Positions 58,657 to 64,000 of a stretch of DNA of 64,000 nt are shown one piece after another; positions within the stretch are counted from its first letter, which is position 1, and every line of letters begins with the position of its first letter. A model generated the notes under the pieces. The model worked only from the letters and a program-made list of their open reading frames with translations, was not told where the DNA came from and did not search any database. The stretch comes from Gallionellaceae bacterium. Its GTDB lineage: Bacteria; Pseudomonadota; Gammaproteobacteria; Burkholderiales; Gallionellaceae. The stretch is taken from positions 8,867-72,866 of the forward strand of contig JANNQM010000066.1 of NCBI GenBank assembly GCA_031400735.1, in the 5' to 3' direction. A program made the position numbers and the translations under genes.

Positions 58657-58723
58657 GCGAAAGTATGGTCACCCAAAAAAGGTTAAGTAAGTGCCATTCG
58701 GTAGCGTCCCTTTTATTCGACAT

Positions 58724-59527
58724 TCACACGCGGACAGCTCGCGTGATGAGATATTCGCGGCCCCAACGTACCTTGCCGTCCGCCGCGCGGTAGCCTCCGA
58801 GGTATGACAGCAGTTCGCTACGAAATGCCGACAGTGCGTCACCCTGGAGACTTGCAACAGCCCGAACGGTCGGCCCATAACGCGTCGAGAACAGCTCCCA
58901 GATCTCCTCGGGCGAAGCGCCGAACTGTGGGCAATCACCGTTTGTGAAAGTGAGATCGCGGAAAGCGCTTCCGAGGAGTTGGCGCACCTTGTCAGGATCG
59001 CCCCAATTGAAAGGACTGGCGAGGCCGGCTGGCGGCGGGACATGCTTGTTGGTAATGCGGAACCAGCCGCCCAAACCGCCTTCTGAAGTCCAAGCAAGGA
59101 ATACGACGCGGCCTCCCGGACGAGTAACACGGGCCAATTCGGCCGCAACCTTCAGTTGGTCCGGCGCGAACATGTGACCACACGTCGAGACCACGACATC
59201 GAAGGAGGCATCCGCAAAAGGAAGAGCCTCTGCGTCGCCTTCCCGGAAATCGATATCCCCGAGGCCCGCTTTGTTGGCCTTGCTCCGCGCGACGTCAAGG
59301 AGCTCCGGGGTAATATCCACGCCCGTTACCTTGGCGCCGCGCTCGCGCGCTGCAATTGCCGTAATACCCGTCCCGGTCGCGAGGTCCAGCACACGCTCGC
59401 CGGGATGAATGATGGCAACTCGCATCGTCTGGTCCGTCGAGATTGTCAGCCCGTCCGCGATGCGGTCGTATTCGCCCAGCGCCCATGTGGCGCGTTGCTT
59501 CTTCTTAAGCTCAGTGAAGTCCGTCAT
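58724..59527 (-). CDS. Class I SAM-dependent methyltransferase
   Basis: VLDLATGTGITAI motif I and DVVVSTCGHMF. By eye it is more GC-rich than its neighbours. Confidence 0.85.
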   Translation of the reverse strand: MTDFTELKKKQRATWALGEYDRIADGLTISTDQTMRVAIIHPGERVLDLATGTGITAIAARERGAKVTGVDITPELLDVARSKANKAGLGDIDFREGDAEALPFADASFDVVVSTCGHMFAPDQLKVAAELARVTRPGGRVVFLAWTSEGGLGGWFRITNKHVPPPAGLASPFNWGDPDKVRQLLGSAFRDLTFTNGDCPQFGASPEEIWELFSTRYGPTVRAVASLQGDALSAFRSELLSYLGGYRAADGKVRWGREYLITRAVRV

Positions 59528-59646
59528 GAATCCTCCTTATTGTGATTGAATTACCGCATCGTCCTCGAAAAAATCTCGCTCGGTTTCGCGGTTTTGGTTG
59601 TTGCAACCTTACGTGGAACAAAGAAATACGTAACAACACACCATGT

Positions 59647-60009
59647 TTATACCAGCACAATTTGCGACCGCATGCTGTAGAGCACAAATAAAACTTCTTC
59701 TTGCTCCCGTTGATCGATATTGTTCTTGTTCAAGGCAGCCAAAGCATCGTCCAGAACTGCCATGAACTCCACGGCAGAAATGTTCATCCCCTTGTGCGCT
59801 GACAACAAATCTTTACCTTTGTAAACGTCTGGGCCACCCGTTCCGGCTATAAAAAAAGTAGCGGCTGCGTTTTTAATTCTTGGAACATCGCTGTTGGCAA
59901 ATCGTGTGGCAATGGTCTTATTTGCCAGATGATTATCTATTACGTCATTCGCTAAGCTGGTTATTCCCTTGACCCCGCCCAGTCTTTCAAATAGTGATTG
60001 GCTCATCAT
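59647..60009 (-). CDS. Group I truncated haemoglobin (trHbN-like)
   Basis: SLFERLGGVKGITSLANDVIDNH...LLSAHKGMNIS..EF is the 2-on-2 globin pattern. 120 aa. AT-rich by eye. Confidence 0.8.
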   Translation of the reverse strand: MMSQSLFERLGGVKGITSLANDVIDNHLANKTIATRFANSDVPRIKNAAATFFIAGTGGPDVYKGKDLLSAHKGMNISAVEFMAVLDDALAALNKNNIDQREQEEVLFVLYSMRSQIVLV

Positions 60010-60161
60010 TGCTCTCCTAAGTTAAAAAATTTTCTTCTGGAACTCTCTTGGTGATTGAAGCGGGTTCAAAGTAACATTTAGCCTGGAGATATAGAAGTAC
60101 AATATCTGTAGCGCTTTAAAATCGATAACGAGTTTCTGGATTATCAAGGAGGAAATTTAAA

Positions 60162-60869
60162 ATGAACTCATATGGCCAGTTCTGCCCTTTGGCGCAAGCA
60201 ACCCAATTATTGTGCGAGCGCTGGACTCTGATAGTCGTGCGTGAATTGATCGCCGGCAGCACGCGGTTCAACGAGATAAAAAAGGGCGTGCCGACGATGT
60301 CACCAACACTCTTGTCCGCACGGCTTAAGCAACTGGTAGAAGCTAAAGTAGTAGACCAGAGTGGCAGCAAAGGCAACTATACCTACACGCTGACTTCGGC
60401 TGGCTTGGAGCTGCGCCCGATCGTTGAACTGCTTGGCGCATGGGGTCACCGTTGGGCGCGCTCAGACTTGAACAAGGGCGATCTGGATGCGGGCTTGTTA
60501 ATGTGGGATATGCGCCGAACCGTTGACCCGGCAGTTTTTCCAAAACGTCGCATTGTTGTTCAATTTGAATATCCGGATGCACCCAAAGGGGGGCGTAATT
60601 GGTGGCTGGTCAGTGAAAACGGTGAAATAGACTTATGCTTGAGCAACCCCGGCCATGAGGTTGATATTGTGATCAAGTGCTCGCTTAAAACGATGTCCGA
60701 GATTTGGATTTGCCAGCAACAGTTTGGTGATGCGGTAAAAAAGGGGGATATAAAAATATTGGGCGACGCTAAACTGGCCAGCAAACTTCAAGATTGGTTG
60801 CGTTCGAGTCCACTGTCCAGGCTCGGCACTATAGTTGGATTACCTGAATTGGTATGGAGCACCAGCTGA
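60162..60869 (+). CDS. HxlR-family transcriptional regulator with extra C-terminal domain
   Basis: CPLAQATQLLCERWTLIVVRELIAGSTRFNEIKKGVPTMSPTLLSARLKQL, plus a C-terminal extension of about 120 aa. Divergent from the globin gene. Confidence 0.85.
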   Translation: MNSYGQFCPLAQATQLLCERWTLIVVRELIAGSTRFNEIKKGVPTMSPTLLSARLKQLVEAKVVDQSGSKGNYTYTLTSAGLELRPIVELLGAWGHRWARSDLNKGDLDAGLLMWDMRRTVDPAVFPKRRIVVQFEYPDAPKGGRNWWLVSENGEIDLCLSNPGHEVDIVIKCSLKTMSEIWICQQQFGDAVKKGDIKILGDAKLASKLQDWLRSSPLSRLGTIVGLPELVWSTS

Positions 60870-61103
60870 CGTTCGACATGGAGCCAAGGCGCTGATCAAA
60901 AGTGGATTCTAATTCCAAGTGCACCACTGTTTAGTTTGATTGTTTGGCAAAGGGCAACGCGGAGGGGGGCAGCGAGATATTTGCGGCAAGCTTGGATATG
61001 CGCGTGGCTTGAAGTTGCCCGGCCTCGGCAACTGATGCGCGGTTCCAGGATTAATCAGGAGTTGGCTGGACTGCTAGTGTAGGGATGCGCAGTAGGGATA
61101 GAT

Positions 61104-63884
61104 TTGCTTCCAGAAAATATTGCGAACCCGCCCCTGCCCCCAATGACACCCGATCGCAGAAAGTATGCTTACTGCCGGACACAACCATCAGTTCCCATTG
61201 GACGTTTATCGGTTTATCGCCTATCCTGCCCATACCAAAACATTTCCTTTTTTAATGTGAATAAAGACCTTCAACTTTCACACGACCTTTCGCGTCGCCT
61301 TCGGCTCCTGGATGTTTTGGACCAAATTACTCAAGTCAGTCTTGCCGGCGAGAACATGGAAGATGTTCTGCGCGGTGTGCTGGATTTGGTGCTTGAGGTT
61401 TTCAATGCCGATCGCGCCTGGTTCGTGTATCCAGGCGATCCCAATGCTCCATCTTGGTGTGTCCCCATGGAGCGCACGCGTCCGGAATGGCCGGGGCTAA
61501 ATGCGTTGGGTGTGGATATTCCAATGAACCCTGAGCTTTCCGATATATTCAGCGAATTGCTCAGGGCTAGTGGCGCAATCCAGTATGGCCCTCATGCCGA
61601 TCATTCCCTGCCTCAGATCGTTGTTGAGCAATTTTTTGTCAAATCCGCAATGCAGATTGCGATGCGGCCAAAAATCGGGAATGTCTGGGTGTTTGGCCTG
61701 CACCATTGTGCCAGTGAGGTGATACACGATGAGCATGATTTGTATCTTTTTGCGGCGGTCGCCCAACGTATTTCGGATTTACTGAGCAGCCTGATTTCAA
61801 TCAGGCTGCTGCGCGAGAGCGAAGAAAAGCACCGCCGGATTGTCGAGACAACGCAGGAAGGCTTTTGCGAGATAGACTCGGCTGGGCGGATCGTCTCTGC
61901 GAACGCACGTTGTGCGGAGATGTTCGGATACACCGCCGATGAAATAATCGGCCTGAACATGATCGAACATCTGCTCTTTCCAGCAGACCGGGAGAATATG
62001 CAGGAGCGGATGAATCGGCGCCGGGGTGATGAGTCAGGCGCCTATGAGCAGCGATTCCGCTCAAAGGACGGAAAGGCCCTGTGGGTTCTTGTCTCCGCCA
62101 CACCGATCAAGGACGAGTCCGGCGCTGTCTGCGGCTCCTTCGCCATGATGACGGACATCACAGAGCGCAAACAGGCTGAGCAGCAGCTTCAAATCGCCGC
62201 CATTGCCTTTGAAGCACAGGAAGGCATCCTGATTACCGACATCAATGGCGTGATTCTTCGGGTGAACTGTGCCTTTACCAGCATAACCGGTTACACCGCA
62301 GAAGAAGTGATAGGCAAGAACCCGCGCATACTCATCTCTGACCGCCATGACGATAATTTCTATGCCTTAATATGGAAAAACATCCAGCAAATGGGTGGCT
62401 GGGATGGTGAAATCTGGAACCGGCGCAAGAATGGAGAAATATATCCGGAACGCCTCACCATCACTGCCGTGAAAGACTCAAGCGGCATCGTCACGAATTA
62501 CGTTGCCACCATCACTGATTTCACCATGAGCAAGGAGGTGGCGGATGAGATCAAGAATCTGGCATTCTATGACCCTCTCACGCACCAGCCCAACCGGCGG
62601 CTTCTGCTGGACAGGCTTAGGCAGGCGTTGGCTTCCAGTGCGCGCAATGGCCGACAGGGTGCACTGCTGTTCATTGACCTGGACAACTTCAAGACCCTCA
62701 ACGACACCCTCGGCCATAATCTCGGTGATTTGCTGCTGCAACAGGTTGCGCAGCGCCTGACCTCCTGCGTGCGTGAAGGTGACACCGTGGCCCGTCTCGG
62801 CGGTGATGAATTTGTGGCGATGCTGGAAGACCTGAGTGAACATGCTCTCGAATCTGCGGCGCAGACGGAAGAGGTAGGCGAGAAAATTCTTGCCGCTCTC
62901 AGCCAACCTTACCAGCTTGCCATGCACGAATATCGCAGCAGCGCCAGCATCGGCGCCACCTTGTTCAGCGGCCATCAACAATCTATAGAGGAACTGCTTA
63001 AACAAGCCGACATCGCCATGTATCAGGCCAAAAAGGCCAGCCGCAACACCCTGCGCTTCTTCGACCCGAAAATGCAGGACGCAGTCAACGCCCACGCAGC
63101 GCTCGAAGGCGAATTACGCAAAGCGCTTGAGAGCCGACAATTTCAATTGTATTACCAAATTCAGGTGGACAGTTCGCGCCGTCCATTGGGCGCAGAGGCA
63201 TTGATCCGCTGGCTGCACCCGGAACGCGGCCTGGAATTGCCTACCCAATTCATTCCGCTGGCGGAAGAAACCGGGTTGATACTGCCCATCGGCTTGTGGG
63301 TGCTGGAGACGGCTTGTGCTCAGCTCAAGGCATGGCAGCAAGATACGCTGACAAGAGACCTTGTTTTGGCGGTAAACGTCAGCGCCAAGCAATTCCGCCA
63401 GGAAAATTTCGTGGCTCAAGTGCGCGCTACCGTGCAACGCCATGCCATCAATCCGGCGCTGCTCAAGCTGGAAATAACTGAAAGCCTGTTACTGGAAAAA
63501 GTCGATGACACCATTGCCACCATGAACGCATTGCATGAAATCGGCGTCCAGTTTTCATTGGATGACTTCGGCACCGGCTACTCATCCCTGCAATACCTCA
63601 GGAAGCTGCCACTGGACCAGTTGAAAATTGATCAGTCGTTTATATGCGATATTGCCACCAATATCAATGATGAAACGATAGTGCACACCATCATTGCCAT
63701 GGCGCAAAGCCTGAACCTGGACGTCATTGCCGAAGGGGTGGAGACGGAAGAGCAACTGCAACTCCTGTTGAGCAACGGCTGCACCCACTACCAGGGTTAT
63801 CTGCTTGGCAAGCCGCTACCGATAGCGCAGTTTGAGGCGTCACTTAAAGAACGATGCAAGCCACAAGCCTTAGTCGGCAAATGA
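61104..63884 (+). CDS. GAF-PAS-PAS-GGDEF-EAL signalling protein
   Basis: Contains GGDEF (RLGGDEF) and EAL (GAEALIRW...DDFGTGYSSL...KIDQSF). Start uncertain: TTG 61104, ATG 61143 or GTG 61257. Confidence 0.88.
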   Translation: MLPENIANPPLPPMTPDRRKYAYCRTQPSVPIGRLSVYRLSCPYQNISFFNVNKDLQLSHDLSRRLRLLDVLDQITQVSLAGENMEDVLRGVLDLVLEVFNADRAWFVYPGDPNAPSWCVPMERTRPEWPGLNALGVDIPMNPELSDIFSELLRASGAIQYGPHADHSLPQIVVEQFFVKSAMQIAMRPKIGNVWVFGLHHCASEVIHDEHDLYLFAAVAQRISDLLSSLISIRLLRESEEKHRRIVETTQEGFCEIDSAGRIVSANARCAEMFGYTADEIIGLNMIEHLLFPADRENMQERMNRRRGDESGAYEQRFRSKDGKALWVLVSATPIKDESGAVCGSFAMMTDITERKQAEQQLQIAAIAFEAQEGILITDINGVILRVNCAFTSITGYTAEEVIGKNPRILISDRHDDNFYALIWKNIQQMGGWDGEIWNRRKNGEIYPERLTITAVKDSSGIVTNYVATITDFTMSKEVADEIKNLAFYDPLTHQPNRRLLLDRLRQALASSARNGRQGALLFIDLDNFKTLNDTLGHNLGDLLLQQVAQRLTSCVREGDTVARLGGDEFVAMLEDLSEHALESAAQTEEVGEKILAALSQPYQLAMHEYRSSASIGATLFSGHQQSIEELLKQADIAMYQAKKASRNTLRFFDPKMQDAVNAHAALEGELRKALESRQFQLYYQIQVDSSRRPLGAEALIRWLHPERGLELPTQFIPLAEETGLILPIGLWVLETACAQLKAWQQDTLTRDLVLAVNVSAKQFRQENFVAQVRATVQRHAINPALLKLEITESLLLEKVDDTIATMNALHEIGVQFSLDDFGTGYSSLQYLRKLPLDQLKIDQSFICDIATNINDETIVHTIIAMAQSLNLDVIAEGVETEEQLQLLLSNGCTHYQGYLLGKPLPIAQFEASLKERCKPQALVGK

Positions 63885-64000
63885 ACGCATCCCGAACGAG
63901 ATTGGCTCCACGGACTACCTCATTGAGCGCGCGGGCGGTGCTTTGCCCCACCTCAATATTTACTGACTTTGCTCCCTGCATCTTTAACATTCCGCTGATA

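Noticed and set aside
61051-61233. 60-aa minus-strand ORF upstream of, and overlapping, the GGDEF-EAL gene
   Set aside because: It has no RBS or motif and overlaps the possible 5' end of the large signalling gene. It is probably spurious, although it adds to the uncertainty about that gene's true start.

Overview
This is about 64 kb of a Betaproteobacteria-like chromosome (taxon inferred from gene content and order only). It spans the replication-origin neighbourhood. The core is gyrB-dnaN-dnaA on the minus strand, diverging from rpmH-rnpA-yidD-yidC-mnmE-mnmG-rsmG-parA-parB on the plus strand. There is a perfect parS site, and three DnaA boxes (two perfect, one with a single mismatch). The left 37 kb is mostly housekeeping: dolP, hldC, ubiE/ubiJ/ubiB, glmSU, phoBR with a Pho box, hrpA, the livKHMGF operon, two cytochrome c551-type genes, lgt, corA, ubiA, recG, ridA and tRNA-Ala(CGC). 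Small accessory insertions interrupt it. One is a toxin-antitoxin and DUF6602-like islet inside the ubi operon. Another is a decayed Fic 'mobile mystery protein' cassette with three phased palindromes. There are also three unrelated REP/MITE-like hairpin elements and an orphan gspG-gspF pair. Everything to the right of parB looks accessory: hicAB with a frameshifted hicA, a six-gene metal-type cassette, and then a compositionally mosaic block (SAM methyltransferase, truncated haemoglobin, HxlR regulator, GAF-PAS-PAS-GGDEF-EAL protein). The most unusual locus is the metal cassette at 52132-58532. It has a TolC-family outer-membrane factor translationally coupled to a CusA/CzcA-family RND pump, with no membrane-fusion adaptor gene. 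The pump is in turn coupled to a small P-II-like protein. This is followed by a HupE/UreJ-like membrane protein and bracketed by two His-rich small proteins. All calls rest on reading the supplied ORF translations and the raw sequence. No database search or composition calculation was run.
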